Below, piece after piece: positions 1 through 13,185 of a stretch of DNA of 64,000 nucleotides. Every line of letters begins with the position of its first letter. Positions within the stretch are counted from its first letter, which is position 1. The translations under genes were made by a program, and so were the position numbers. This DNA is from Takakia lepidozioides. Taxonomy: Eukaryota > Plantae > Bryophyta. A model generated the notes under the pieces. It ran no database searches. It worked only from the letters and a program-made list of their open reading frames with translations, and had not been told where the DNA came from. The stretch is taken from positions 14,632,001 to 14,696,000 of the forward strand of contig CM060734.1 of the NCBI GenBank assembly GCA_030704615.1. The letters are read 5' to 3'.

Positions 1-1389
1 ACGGAAGCCACTGTTTAGGACTCCCAGAAGCATCATGTTTAGGAGCATTTAGGCCCGTCCGAGCTCGAGTTGAGGCCCTAGCATTTTACAATGAGCTGTG
101 CAAATCCATGAGAGGTCCCTGCAAGCCATGCCAAGAGTAGTATAGAACCAAAAGTCCTTCCAAGGCTGTGTTAGAGTAGGATCATCAAATTGCACCGCGC
201 ATATCTCTCTTGCATCATCTAGGGGATTCAAACCCAGTCCGGTGGGGGAGAATGGCGGTTTTGAAGTATTTTTTATCTGGGAACTCCACTCTGTCAAGAT
301 CTTCATAATCGGGATTATGGTCTTCTCTGTACATCAACATTTGACATTGAGACTGGAATAGAAAGCTCATTGCTCTACTACTATGCGCTCATACCGGTTG
401 GGCATGGCCACTCCTTTGTAGCTAAAGTAAGCTGGAATTCTTATTTGTAAGATGTTATTCAGATTGGTATTGGTTTTGCAAGCACAGTGTAGGGTCCACC
501 TCTTTACAAAGCCTTATGTGCAGGCATACTATGGTGAAGAGAGGGACAGCTTGGGGCTGGTCTAAACAAGTTCCTCTGGTTTCCTGCTTTGCAGTGCTTT
601 GCAGAGAATAGCAGTGGCAGAAGAGGTTCTTCCAGCTCCACGAGCTACAGGAGAGTCATTTGGAGTGAATGTGCCTGACCACATAAAACAATCAGTCTCT
701 ATGTCTTTGTCCAAGGTTGGCCAACCCAACCAGTGTAGGGGATCTCAGCACCCACAAATCCTTCAATTGGCTCGGAGGTGCTACTAGGAACGCTTGGCTT
801 GCAGCAATGCCTAACTTTTAAGCACCCTAAGGCTGGTTCAATCAAGCCACACTTCAGAGACCTGGATGTACTAGTTTCAGTTGCCACTTTCTTCACTAGT
901 TCTGTTTTTTATCTGCTCAGAGAGAAATGAGGGTGCACAATATATAACAGGGTCGTGTACTTGTCATTGATAGGTGGATTGACGCAATCATCTCCAACAT
1001 GTATTTTGCAGATTGGGGACTATCTGCTAGTGCATGAACATGGCTGTCATTCCAAGTTAGCTTTGCTTGCAAGGGAGAGTCTGCAGTTTTGGTAAGTTCA
1101 ATTCACTCGCTAGCTAGCTCAGTTGAGATTCAGTTCAATTGGTGTATTTCACTCCACCTTTAGCACACTAAGGATTCCCAAAGAATTCAATTTGTCACAT
1201 TATATGAGCAAGAGGGCAGAGGATGATTGTCAAAAGAGTTTGCCAAAGAGGAATGAATTGAACTAAGATTCATCTATACTTAACAAGCCTCCCCAACGTC
1301 TTGCTCAGCCTTCCTGTGATTCCAACCAGATGAGTGATATAACGAGGCATTTCAGCAGATTCAGATACGTATGTCTGTCTCTTGCTTAA

Positions 1390-2170
1390 GTGCATCAAGA
1401 TGAAAGGTTTGGAAGCTGGAAACAGGTGCACACTCACATTATCCAAAGTGGATTCACGCCAAATATTTTTCTACTCAACACCTTTGTCAACATGTATGTT
1501 AAGTGTGGGAGCATCATGGATGCTCGCCAAGTTTTCCACATAGTGCCTCAACAATCTTTGATCACGTGGATATAATGTTGGCAGGATTTACCAAGGATGG
1601 GTGTGGTAGGAATGCTTTGGAGACCTATGAGCAACTGTTGCGCGAAGGGTGAAGCCCAACCACATCATGTTTGTTTGTGTTTGCAATGCGTGTGCAAGGC
1701 TGGGAGCTCTGGAAAAGGGGAAAGAGGTCCATGGTGACATCGTCAAAGCTGGATTTGTACCAGATGTCATTCTGAACATTGCTCTGGTGGACATGTATTC
1801 CAAATGGGTGCATTAAGGATGCGAAGGGAGTTTTCAACACTATGGCTGAACGAGATGTGGTGTCATGGAACGTGGGGGGAACGTGATGCTTGCAGGGTAT
1901 GCACAACAGGGACATGGTATGGAGGCTTTGGAGACCTATGATCAAATATTGATGGGGGAAGGGGTGAAGCCCGACCACATCAAGTTGCAGCATACTGGTA
2001 CTTCACAGCCATGGCGGCTCTCTCAGCCCCTCCATTTTTTTTTCTTCTGTTTTTTTTTGGCGCTGGGTCCTTCCCCTTGCTTATGCTGATCATTAAAGTG
2101 GCAATTGTACCAGCTGTCATTCTGAACTCTGTCCTGGTGGACATGTATGCCAAATGTGGGTGCAGCAAGC
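1390..2170 (+). pseudogene. Decayed PLS-class pentatricopeptide repeat (PPR) gene fragment
   Basis: Motifs KQVHTHIIQSGFTPNIFLLNTFVNMYVKCGSIMDARQVF, GVKPNHIMFVCVCNACARLGALEKGKEVHGDIVKAG and MLAGYAQQGHGMEALETY, broken by stops and frameshifts. Confidence 0.85.
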
Positions 2171-2477
2171 CTGATTACCACTGGGCTACATGCTGGTTGT
2201 CAGGCAGTTACGATTAAAGACGTAGAAAACCATAAACAAAACGTAGGACTAGGAAACGCAAATTGCCCTGTGAAGTGGAGTTGTCAAGTTTTGCTTTGTC
2301 GGTAGGAATTTAGAATGTGTTAGATCCACCCATAGCTGCCGCAGACCCCTGCACTTACCGCAGTCGGGTAGGTGGATCGTTGAGCCCAACCTACACCGCA
2401 ATTTATCACGACCCCCTAGGCTAGTATGCCGTCACCCTGGCCGCGCGCGACCAGGGCTCGTCAGGCTGCCAGGCTCA

Positions 2478-2772
2478 CATTTGAGGTAGATGTACACCAG
2501 AGGAATGTCCAAAATTACATCTGATACAATTCCAGCTTTGAGAATGTCACCATGAACCTCTTTGCCCCTTCTCAGGGCTGCTAGGCTCACATATGCATAT
2601 TACAAACACAAATGAACATGACCTGGTCTGGCTTCATCCCATCCCACATCATTTTCTCTTAGGTTTCCAAAGCCTTAATCCCATACCCATGCTGCACATA
2701 CCTTGCAATCATGGCACTCCAAAATACCACATCTCGTTCAGCCATATTGTCGAACTCTCCCTTCGCATACCA
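2478..2772 (-). pseudogene. Second decayed PPR fragment, opposite orientation
   Basis: AKGEFDNMAERDVVFWSAMIARYVQHGYGIKALET, then a stop, then GMKPDQVMFICVCNAY...GKEVHGDILKAG; paralogous to 1390-2170. Confidence 0.8.
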
Positions 2773-3850
2773 CGTTGGATGTGGTTGTGGGTTCAAACCA
2801 CGGTCTGGTGTATCATGAAGGTGTCCACCTTTTAGCTGGAAGGCAGTAGCCCTTGTGGTGAAGTGACACCATAAGTTACGCTCCCTTCGGGAGGCGTCGT
2901 ACTCTCTCATTCTCTCTCTCGTAACTGCCTTCCAAGTCTTTGTTTATTACTACTTCCTACATGCCTGAGCTCCCAACACACTTATAGCCGGGACGAACCT
3001 TCAAATCCCTTCACAAAGCGAAACGTTTTCCCAAGTCGGTCTCCCCTGCTTGGAGCGATCCAAAGTTTCAACCTCAATGGTCAGTCCATTGGGTGAATGA
3101 TAGCCATTCAAACCTCTAGGTGATTCCCGAGATCTAATGAAACCAATAGCCATTCCTTGGCCCAAGGCCCCTCCAACGGCCGGGTATTTGCCTTCAAATA
3201 TCCTCGGCGGAAGGGGGCAATACCTCCCTTAAAACTTCCATTTTGAAGTTAAGGGGGTCCGGATAAAATCCCTTGTTCAAGGCGGATTTACTCCGCTGAA
3301 TAATAAATAACAAATAACTAAAACCTTCCTACAAATGCATGAAATCCGTAGAAATAGAGAACCCTCATAGGATCCTGGAATTAAGAACACCATGAATAGT
3401 GCACAAGAAATCAAAGGCATAGGGAGAAAACCCCCCTTAAAATACCCGTATCAGGGACCAGCAGTCCCTGGTAGAGTCTGTTGCGATATCCAGCGGTTAA
3501 AACCGATACCCCCGCCACGCAGCGCGGCGTTACTGGCCCGCCGCCGGCGCTGGTCCAATGGGTAATAGTAGGCTCCCGTCGTCCCTGCCGCTCGTGTCGT
3601 ACCTACACGGGCCCGGCTATGGCGCCTGGTGCTGCCACGCAATGTGCCAACAACTTTGTGGCAACCACCTCATGGCTTAGGGCTACTATGGTGGTGTGTG
3701 GGAGCCGAAAGAGCAAGAATACCTTGCTGATTTCCTCACAGCCGCCATAGCTCGGTGGAAAGAAGCCTAGAGTCCAAGAGACACAAACCCTAGCTTGGCG
3801 TGGCTAAACCCCTTGGAGAAATGGCTAAACTGCCAGAGCGGCCATGGATG

Positions 3851-4900
3851 GGGTTGTGACGGGCTGTGCCGGTGGCCTTTTGGGGCTGTGACGGCCTGTG
3901 AGGGGCTGTGACAGGTCGTGCCTGAGGCCTTTGGGGCTATGAGGGGCTGTGGCGAGCTGTGACGGGCTGTGAGGGGTTGTGACAGGCTGTGCCCAGTGGC
4001 CTGTGGGGCTGTGACAGGCTGTGAGGGGCTGTGACAGGCCGTGCCTGAGGTCTTTGGGGCTGTGAGGGGCTGTGCCGGTGGTCTTCAGGGCTGTGATGGG
4101 CTGTGACGGGCTGTGACGGGCTGTGAGGGCCTGCGAGGGCCTGTGCCGGTGGCCTTCGGGGTCGTGACGGGCTACGCCGGTGGCCTTGGGGGCTGTGATG
4201 GGCTGTGAGGGGCTGTGTCAGGCCGTGCCTGAGGCCTGTGGGGCTGTGACGGGCTGTGAGGGGCTGCGATAGGCTGTGCCCGTGGCCTTTGGGGCAGTGA
4301 CGGGCTGTGACAGGCCGTGCCTGAGGCCTTTGGGGCTGTGACGGGCTGTGAGGGGCTGTGACAGGCCGTGCCTGAGGCCTGTGGGGCTGTGACGGGCTGT
4401 GAGGGGCTGCGATAGGCTGTGCCCGTGGCCTTTGGGGCAGTGACGGGCTGTGACAGGCCGTGCCTGAGGCCTTTGGGGCTGTGACGGGCTGTGAGGGGCT
4501 GTGACAGGCCGTACCTGAGGCCTTTGGGGCTGTGACGGGCTGTGAGGGGCTGTGTCAGGCCGTGCCTGTGGCCTTTGGGGCTGTGAGGGGCTGTGACAAG
4601 CCGTGCCTGAGGCCTTTGGGGCTGTGACGGGCTGTGAGGGGCTGTGTCAGGCCGTGCCTGAGGCCTTTGGGGCTGTGAGGGGCTGTGACAGGCTGTGCCT
4701 AGTGGCCTGTGGGGCTGTGACGGGCTGTGCGGGGCTGTGACAGGCTGTGCCCTATGGCCTGTGGGGCTGTGACGGGCTGTGACAGGCTGTGGCGAGCTGT
4801 GATGGGCTGTGCCCTATGGCCTGTGGGGCTGTGACGGGCTGTGGCAGGCTGTGCCCAGTGGCCTGTGGGACTGTGACGGTTGTGACCAGTGAGCTGTGTG
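3851..4900. repeat. GC-rich minisatellite of ~10-bp GGGCTGTGA(C/G) units with a ~51-bp higher-order unit
   Basis: Directly visible, e.g. gggctgtgac gggctgtgag gggctgtgac aggccgtgcc tgaggccttt g; lies just upstream of retrotransposon gag-like sequence. Confidence 0.9.
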
Positions 4901-5829
4901 GGCCTGTGCTGGTCTGTGGTGGCCCGTGTTGACCTGTGGACGGCCTGTGCTGACTCGTGGAGGCACTGGTGGACTGCCTAAGGACTGGCATGTGGTCTTG
5001 AAGGCCGAATTTTGAAGCTTGTGGAGGGCGGTTTGAGGAGTATCTTCATGATATTCCCATGGTCATGCAAGTGAGGGAAGAGAGGAGAGGAAGAGTGTTG
5101 GGATGAGGGCATGCTGGGGTTAGGCATTGCTTTAGCTTCTCTTCCTTGTAGTTTCCACCCTCTCATTAGGCCAAGACCTTTCCGTAGGTGGAGGCAAGAG
5201 TCAGTCCGGGTTTGGGCTGGGGTGTCCTTGCAGGAGCAACACCGTGGAGTTGTTTTTGGTGTGGGGGAGTTGTCGTTCTGATTTCTTGTGTTTGGATCCC
5301 CTCCATACCTGCATGCTTGACTGTGCGCCATGCTAGTTTTGTGTGGGCGCTTGTTTTTATAGGTGATTGGTCCGGATTTGATCACCGGCCAGTCCTAGAG
5401 CATGCTGTCGATGGTGAGGCTGGGGTGATGACCAGCCAGACCATCATTGTTTCTCCTGTGGTGAGGTTGGAGGTGATGACCAGCCAACCATAGGAGTGCT
5501 TGCGGTGGATGCAGGTACAGGTGTAGGCTATGTTAGGAACTTAGTATTCCAAACCATAAGCCGCAACAGGTTCTCTACCCGGTTACCTTGTGGAGAGGGG
5601 GTTAGAGACATGTTCATGACCGGTTGAGTGTCAACACGGAGGTGCCACTAGTTGTTGGGGACAGTGCCGGTTCGAGCACTAGCGATACTAGTGGGTACAC
5701 GAGACGAGGTGTGCGGTTTAGGCCACCTTTACCTCCTGTGTCTTCTACGGAAGGTTCTGATTCGGATTGTGAATCAGGAGGACTCATACCGGCGGTGCAA
5801 GTTGTTTCTTTGCCATTGTTGTGGGACAC

Positions 5830-6058
5830 AATGGAGGAGATGTATGGAGCTACCAAGGGGCCACGAAGGTACTCTGGGGCGGTGGGCACCATCGAGTTGG
5901 ATGATTTTATCCAAGAGTTTGATAGTTGGTGTGATTTGCAGCAAATGCGCAATCCACAACTATTTACGCATTTCTTGGCATGGAAGGGGTTGTTTTCAGC
6001 ACCTTGAGGGGCCGCCTATGGATGATTACCATGAGTTCAGGCGGGGGCATGAGGTTGA
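5830..6058 (+). mobile_element. Retrotransposon gag-like fragment (frameshifted, truncated)
   Basis: RRYSGAVGTIELDDFIQEFDSWCDLQQMRNPQLFTHFLAWKGLF/QHLEGPPMDDYHEF resembles the N-terminal capsid region of LTR-retrotransposon gag. Confidence 0.55.
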
Positions 6059-6624
6059 GATACTGCCAAGTTTGGGTCAACTCTGCCATCGACATTGGGA
6101 AGGTGACATGGCGCACAATTACGCACATGGTCCTTCCAAGTCATGCCATCCCGACCCTCTAAGATCAGGACCCCTGAGGGCAACACCTCTCGAACCCTCA
6201 GAATAACACGCCCTGCAGTAACATCCAGAGTCGTAGGAGCAGTCTGCTGCAAATAAACATAGTCACCAGGGCTAAACCTCCGAACCCCAGGACGATATCC
6301 TCCACCATGTATAGTGGCATACCTCAACGTATCACGGTGCTGTGCAATGGCAAGGTTCTCAAAAGCCATGGGCATGACTTTCTTGAACAACTCTGCACGC
6401 TGATCACATGCACGTACCCACACGTCTGGATCGTCAAGGTTAAGGACTTGAGCAGTGTCCCTACGAATGGCTGTAGGCAAATCCGGCTCTCGGCCAAAGA
6501 GAAGGAAATATGGTGAGAAGGAGGCAAGTGATGCTTGTTTGCTGAACCTGTAGCCCATGGCTAACCAAGGAACCTGAAGATCCCAATCTCCTAGGTGTCC
6601 ATTCTGCAAGCCATACTTGCGCAA
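6037..6624 (-). mobile_element. Ty3/Gypsy integrase C-terminal fragment
   Basis: WDLQVPWLAMGYRFSKQASLASFSPYFLLFGREP and FSPGDYVYL...HVRNCAPC are typical of the end of the integrase core and the downstream domain; cut at ~6626 by element A1. Confidence 0.85.
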
Positions 6625-7561
6625 ACGAGGTAGCCTATACTATATGCGCACACAAATGCATGCATATGGAGGAATGTATGCGTGCATACAAATTTTAGAT
6701 ATGCATAGGAACAATTTTATATGCACAACACTTAAATAAGGGTACCCAAAAATAAAATAAAATTTGTGATTCATCTAATCTTAGGGTCCATAGTCAAAAT
6801 ATCAAAGGATGGAATAAGAATATTCTATATAGAATATTCCATATTCATTGTATTATTATTCCACATGGGTGAGTGTAGGAATAGGAGATGAACATGTTGC
6901 TTTTATGGCTTTCCAACATGAGAAAAAAGGTCGAAAAATTAAAAAGTGACGAGGCACGGCTCCTTGTTAGATACAAATGGTGAAGGTACGGGCTCTTCCA
7001 ATGGTGGGAGTCTAGTTTGAAGTTCAGAATGGAGCAATGCTAAGGGAATGCTAGGGAGCTTTGTTACATAGGTTTTGCAGTATCTATATATCTATCTTCT
7101 GAAACATTTTTATTTTACAAAAACATAATGTCCATCAGAGATAGAACCCACAACCTATCGGGTATCAAGCCTAGTTCATACCACTACACTACCCATTCAG
7201 ACTTGAAACACTAATGAAATGAAACACTAATGAGATAAAGATAGTCACCCTGTGTGTACATAACATGCCACAATACTCGTAAGGGTTGATCTTACTAATG
7301 ATGAAATTTGATAGTGCTGAAGTGCATGTCGAACTTGCATTAAGGTAAAGGGATCTATGAAATGCAGTAGAGATCTATGTACAAACTATTACATAGATAA
7401 ATCAAATGACAGGAAGATAACATGAAATCTGATTTCAACACCATGTCATTTGCCCCATTTGTTTTACCTTACACTAGAGAGAAATACATGTATCATAAAA
7501 AATAACAAAAAATTCGGACTGACAATGAGGACAATGTATTGTATATGTAATTTCTAATTAC

Positions 7562-10500
7562 CTACATAACATCATCAGCTGATACTTCATCATCCGTGTC
7601 ATAAGCCTGTGATTCAGAGGCATACACATCCATGAAAGCCTCAACTCTACGCAACCTATCCACGGATTGTCCAACAATAGCTGCTCTTCGGTCAAACAAG
7701 AGATCATTGGAAAGACCTACATCACGTTGTTGATGTATTGAATGCAAAGCTTGGGACTCGGCATACGAAGGTAGATAAAACGATGAAAGAGGACTTTGGG
7801 GTAGACTATCGTAGATGGTCCGCACAATCCCATCACTGCATCACACATACATGTATACTTATGTTAACAAATCAAATGGGAATGGTTTGCTTTGCAAATA
7901 ATATAGAGATTGCAACAAAGGGAATGGAGGCGAGACATACTCACTAGGAAGTACTGCCGAGATGAAGACCAAGCTTGCGTGCCACCTTAGGAGCGGGGGG
8001 TTCCAACAAACTCACAGGACGTTGAATGGTTGGAGTTACCACAGATGAAACCAAAACGGGTTGAGTATTTTGAAGTGCAGAGAGACGTGCTGCATACAAC
8101 GTCTGGTCCCCCTCAAGACCAAATACGTGACGTCCAGACTCGCGGGCAGCAATAAATGTAGAACCTGCAGGAAAAAAACATGCAATGATGATATTATATC
8201 GGATAACAGTTAATGATCATGAATCAGCTCAGAAGATTTTAATTACAAAATGGAGACCAATGCAAACCTGTGCCAGCTGTGAGATCCAAAATGCGGGAGC
8301 CAAGAGGTGAGCATGTCTCCAACAACACTTGCATGAAGGCGGGACTACGGTCTCGCGCACCCCTCCAGGCTTGTTGAGGAGTTTGCATGGGTAGTGCAAC
8401 ATCTGGAATGTGGTTGTAGATGACATACAACTCAACAGGGTCTGCAAGGGGGTCCACAACTTTGCCAGACTCACGCAGTTTGAATAGTCCTCCTTGCTTG
8501 GTGAGGACATGGGCGTGGAAGAACATGGTCTGTTAGACGTGCCATGTCCACAAAAACAGTGCACCCGGATGGTTTAATAATATGTATGAGAGTAGGAAGA
8601 TGAAACATCAAACAATGAGATATTGAAGAGGGATGATTTTTACCTTTCCTGTCTGAGTGTGTAGAGGGGTGGTATTGATGCAAGTATATTTCCTTGATAA
8701 TACGGAAATAGAGCTGCCCCTGGAGTAAGAAAAGAGCTCCAATGCAAATGAATCATCGGAGCCCTGCAAGAACACCAAGCATCCATTGTCATCCAACATG
8801 TCATTAGCAATACCGTTTATCAAAAGCATTCCAGGGAGGAACCTGTACACCATCCAAACAGCCCTGTACAGGCATTCCTGTTGGGCAGTCCACGATGATC
8901 ATGTCCACAGCCACATGCACGCTTTTTCCATCCACAACACTAGACCAAGTTCCTGGCAACTGCAAACAACATACAGAAAATGTAGGAGTCAATAGCCGGA
9001 TGATGAGGATATAAAAACATCGAAGAATTCCTTACATTCAAGTTTGTTTATTGGGGGAAACTCACATTTTTTAAGAACTCCATGAGCTCTTTCAAGGTTG
9101 CATCAGGAGATGTACTTGAGGCCTCCACCATATCAATGAAATGAGTAGGCATGATCGTCATGCGATACATGCTAGGTGCACCACCAGAAAATGACACTGT
9201 ACTGTAAGGATGTTCGCCTGCCTTTGGCTTGTTTCCTCGAGTAGTAGGTGCAGGCACTACAACCAACTGATTTGAAGGATGTGAAGAACTACCAATAGGA
9301 CCAGCAATAGAAGCCACATCTGCATTGGGGGCCACGCCTGCATTGACATCCGCACCTTTTCTTTTTCGTGATTTGCGTTTTGGTACACCCACAACGGCAG
9401 GGACCACTTGGGCTACAGCGTCAGCGGCCTGTGTAGCAATCTCTTCTGCATGCTCCAGATCAAGAACAGGGACTTCAGTGGAGATACCCCCTTCATCACT
9501 CACTGACTGCCTGCGAACACATTCCTTATGAAGTCCCATTTCTGCATAGGGGATAGTACCCTTGGGCATATCCAAATACCAACCCCCCCCCCTTCCCGGT
9601 GTTCCACACCCCAATCTTCCTCAATTGCAGGTGTGTACATGGAAGCTTGTTGAGCACCAAACTTCCAGGCCATCAGAAACTTGGGCTCAGCCTTAAGTCG
9701 ATCACTCGGTACAAGCACAAATCTCATGTACCTAAAATACAAACACATTCAAAGTTATTGTGGAGACAAATATTTATGCAACCTGTTCAACAATTGAACA
9801 AGCACATTAAGAAACATGTATATCCCAATGTACTAGAAAAATACTTGAAGCATAGACATTTTTGACTTACAAGGTGTATACACTATCCATGTACAATGCA
9901 ATGGAAAGATGGTACCTGAATAAAATCCGTCTCACCACCTTCTCCCCACCTGTTTGTTGTTCCCAATCATTGCCTCTGAATGGCCCCTTTGGCAATGAGA
10001 ACTCTCTATGAAACAACTCATTGAAATGAGTCATCTTCCATGTATCCATGTAGTCTCCCAGACTCTCACTCTCTCCTTCCTCCAAGGCAACATGAAATTG
10101 GCCAAGCTGAGTGGTGTACAAGGCAAACTGAGCCAAGGCAACCTTGCGAAGCTGCCAGAAAATACAGTCAGTTAAATAACTATGTTAATGTGTCATCAAC
10201 AAAATGAATTAATTGCATTGAGAAGATAGTGATTGTATATGTACCTGCCACCAAAAAGTCCTTCTATTCAGCCAAGGATCAAGTGTTGGCCCACTGATAG
10301 GCCCGGGTGGAAAAAAATTACGGTCGTGAAGTGTTTGGTCTCCATTCCATATATGTAGCCATTCCACCTTTTCTTCAGGATCCACCCGGGCGGTAGCAAT
10401 GTTCACCATTTTCTCTTGGGTCATTTCCTCTGATCCTGCCTTTACACGTGACCAATGCAGTTTAAGTTCTTGGAGAAACCCCTCTCCAAGGGTTGGATCA

Positions 10501-13185
10501 GCAATAGGAAGCAACTTCACAAGCTGACTCTTGTGTTGCTCCCTTGCTTTCAATCCAGCCTGTCTCATTGTATCTTCAAGGCCCTCTTGACTCTTTGGCC
10601 CCTCAGCAAGTTTGTAAGCTTCCCCCGCCATGCGTTGGGCCTCAACAATATCATGCTGCAAAAGAACCAAAACAGTTCATAACATGAACCAGAGGTGAAT
10701 CTTGTCTATGGATGCAAAGAATGAAACTTGGTTAAGACATGATGTTACCTTGTACAAAATCTCTGTCATTGCATGGACTGTCAGGTTATACCAAGTCTTT
10801 CCTGCTTTCTTGATGCATTCGTCGTATTGCTCTTTCCTCAATACATTCTTCCATTCAGAGACAGGTGTAAGGCCAATCATATTGACCTTGCAAACCAAGT
10901 GCACAAATTTGGATGTAACATGTGCCCTCTCTGTTGCCCTGCACATATAAAATATGATCATTAGAAAGAAGATGTGTATATGTACATCCATTGAGCAAGA
11001 ACATGACAACATTGAACATGAAAGTAAATGAAGAATAGAAAGGAAACTCACACATTCACTCCATCCAAGATGGACCTGAGGGAACCACGATTTTCAATGT
11101 CCGCATTGAGCACCCAACTTGTCACACAGACATGTCTTGACAAGTTGGCCCCATGAACTTCATTGATATAGGGATACCATGCTTGAAGCCTATGATTCCC
11201 ATCCCAGACATGAAACATCTTCCCCCGAAGATGATGCAACTTTGGCTTGGACTCAAGATACTTCTCAAACTCATCATTGACTATTTTCCAATGACTATCC
11301 CATGTAGAGATGATATCAGGACCTACATCTACAGTAGATCCATCAATCCCCTCAACAGAAACATAGAACACGGCTGCTCCTGGATGGTATCCAGAATAGA
11401 AGTCTCCTCTAAGCTTTAGGATGTCGTTGGCAAGGGCGGGCCTAACAACCTGCATAGAAATCATGCGACACAATGGAATGTCCATAACTCCATCCTCAAT
11501 GAGGAGGGACCTGAAAGTTACATTCAGATCTTGTTTCTTTTCCAGAATAATTGCCTGTTTGGCATCTAGAGAAAGAGGATCACTAGATGTTGTATCCTCT
11601 TCATACTCATCTGCCCCCCAATTCCCTGCATCAATGTCGTCAATAATGGTTGCAAGCGTCCCGGCCTCCACAGCTTCAGTTGTAGTAGTAATTTCCTAAT
11701 TCCATAGACCAAAAGAGTTCAAGATGTCAGTGTATGAGAAGAGCACATGTGTGAATGTATAATATGTAAAAAGAGCAGTTTAGTGTCATGGTTGCACGAA
11801 GAAAACAAATGAATTTGGATAGTCAACTAATTCCATGAATATCCTTGTCTTTCAAAGCTTACAACTTGCAGCAGAATACAGGCGTGAGCATCCCGACAGA
11901 GGACCTCTGACCACCTACGTCCGGCGCATATGACACATATGTGCAACCAACTCAAAATTTGACAAGATTTGAGGCCCTTGAAGAAATTTTTGCTCAAGGA
12001 GCTCCAAGCATATGCGCCGGCGCATACCATGGAATGGAGGTTGTAGCCAAATATACAGGAGCACCTTGAAAGATCAAACTAGGCCTATGGAAGCATGTGG
12101 AGTTGTGGAGGTGGCAACGTAGAAGCTTTGAGATACTTGAATACTGTGATCAACCAAAATAGGGAAGGTTCCCCAAGCGTCTGCGCCGACGGAGGTGGCA
12201 GCCTCGACACTTTGGAGCTTACGTAACACAAGGAATATACAACAAAAAACCAAGCTCCAAGCATCTCCGCCGGCGGAGATGCTTGCATGAGGTTCCTGAA
12301 ACCTAGGAGCTAAGCAAAAAAAGATTGTGCTCAATGGGTATGCGCCAGCGGATATGGCAGCCCAGCCCACTCGGAGCATCAACAACTTATGAGAATGCGG
12401 AGAAACAAAAGAGATGGAAGGGGGGGAGAACTTCCTGAAATATGTGAGCAGCCCTGCTGCACGGGTCTGTGTTGACAGAGGTGGCAGCCTTGGCGCTTTG
12501 GAGCTTCCGTAACACAGGGAATATGCAAAAAAAACCAAGCTCCAAGTGTCTCCGCGGTGGAGACGCTTGCAGGAGGTTCCTGAAACCTATGATTTGAGCA
12601 AAAAAGAATGTACTCAATGGGTATGCGCCGGCGGATATGCCAGCGCAGCCCACTCGGAGCATCAGCATGCGGAAAAACAAAGAAGATGGAAAAGGGGAGA
12701 ATTTCCTGAAACATTTGAGCAGCCCTGCTGCACAGGTATGCGCCAGCGGATACGCCAGCCCAACCCGCTCGGAGCATCAGCAACGTATGAGCATGCAAAA
12801 AAATAAACGGGATGGGAGTAGAGGAGCACTTCCTGAAACATGCGAGCATCCCAGCTCCAACGGTATGCGCCGGCGGAGGTGGCAGCCCAGCCCTTCCAAG
12901 CATCAGAAAAAACCAAGGGGAATGAGCTGTCTCCGCCGGCGGAGACGGTTGTGTGTATGTGTGGAGATTCGCAAACTTGTGAGACTTGAAGTGACTTAGG
13001 CATCTGCGCGCGGCGGATGTGCTAGATAAGGAGCAGCTTGGTGGGGCTTATGCGATGGCGCATATGCCTAAGTGCAGGTCATGAAAAAAAACAAAACTAC
13101 AGCTTACCTTCTCCGTCCGCAGCTTGCCTCTACCACCACCACCACCAGCAACGCCTCCCCCTCGAGTGTCCTTCTTCCTCCCCAT
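7562..13185 (-). CDS. Family A multi-exon ParB-like / N4-N6 DNA-methyltransferase-like fusion gene (a few 1-bp frameshifts in this copy)
   Basis: Exon 1 13185-13108 (MGRKKDTRGGG...RTEK|gtaagc) splices in frame to 11695 (EITTTTEAVEAG...IPLCRM...VWDGNHRLQAW). Further GT-AG exons at ~10939-10749, 10655-10245, 10153-9915, 9731-9066, 8961-8644 (DMIIVDCPTG), 8532-8268 (RSPAFMQVLLETCSPLGSRILDLTAGT), 8167-7943 (GSTFIAARESGRHVFGLEGD) and 7812-7562. Colinear with the family B gene. Confidence 0.8.
11912..13067. repeat. Family A palindrome array (~12-13 imperfect 22-bp palindromes, core CGCCGGCG) inside intron 1 of the ParB-MTase gene
   Basis: 12008 GCATATGCGCCGGCGCATACC, 12261 GCATCTCCGCCGGCGGAGATGC (perfect), further sites at 12177, 12336, 12546, 12619, 12735, 12861, 12926, 13000 and 13047. 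Confidence 0.8.

Noticed and set aside
1-900. Short ORFs at the window start
   Set aside because: No recognisable motifs; cannot be supported as genes
2780-3455. Possible LTR
   Set aside because: No second copy, primer-binding site or polypurine tract could be identified in the window
12074-13003. ORFs of 100-300 aa across the family A array (also 59068-59982)
   Set aside because: Repeat-derived, frames differ between A1 and A2, and exon 1 splices cleanly in frame across the region
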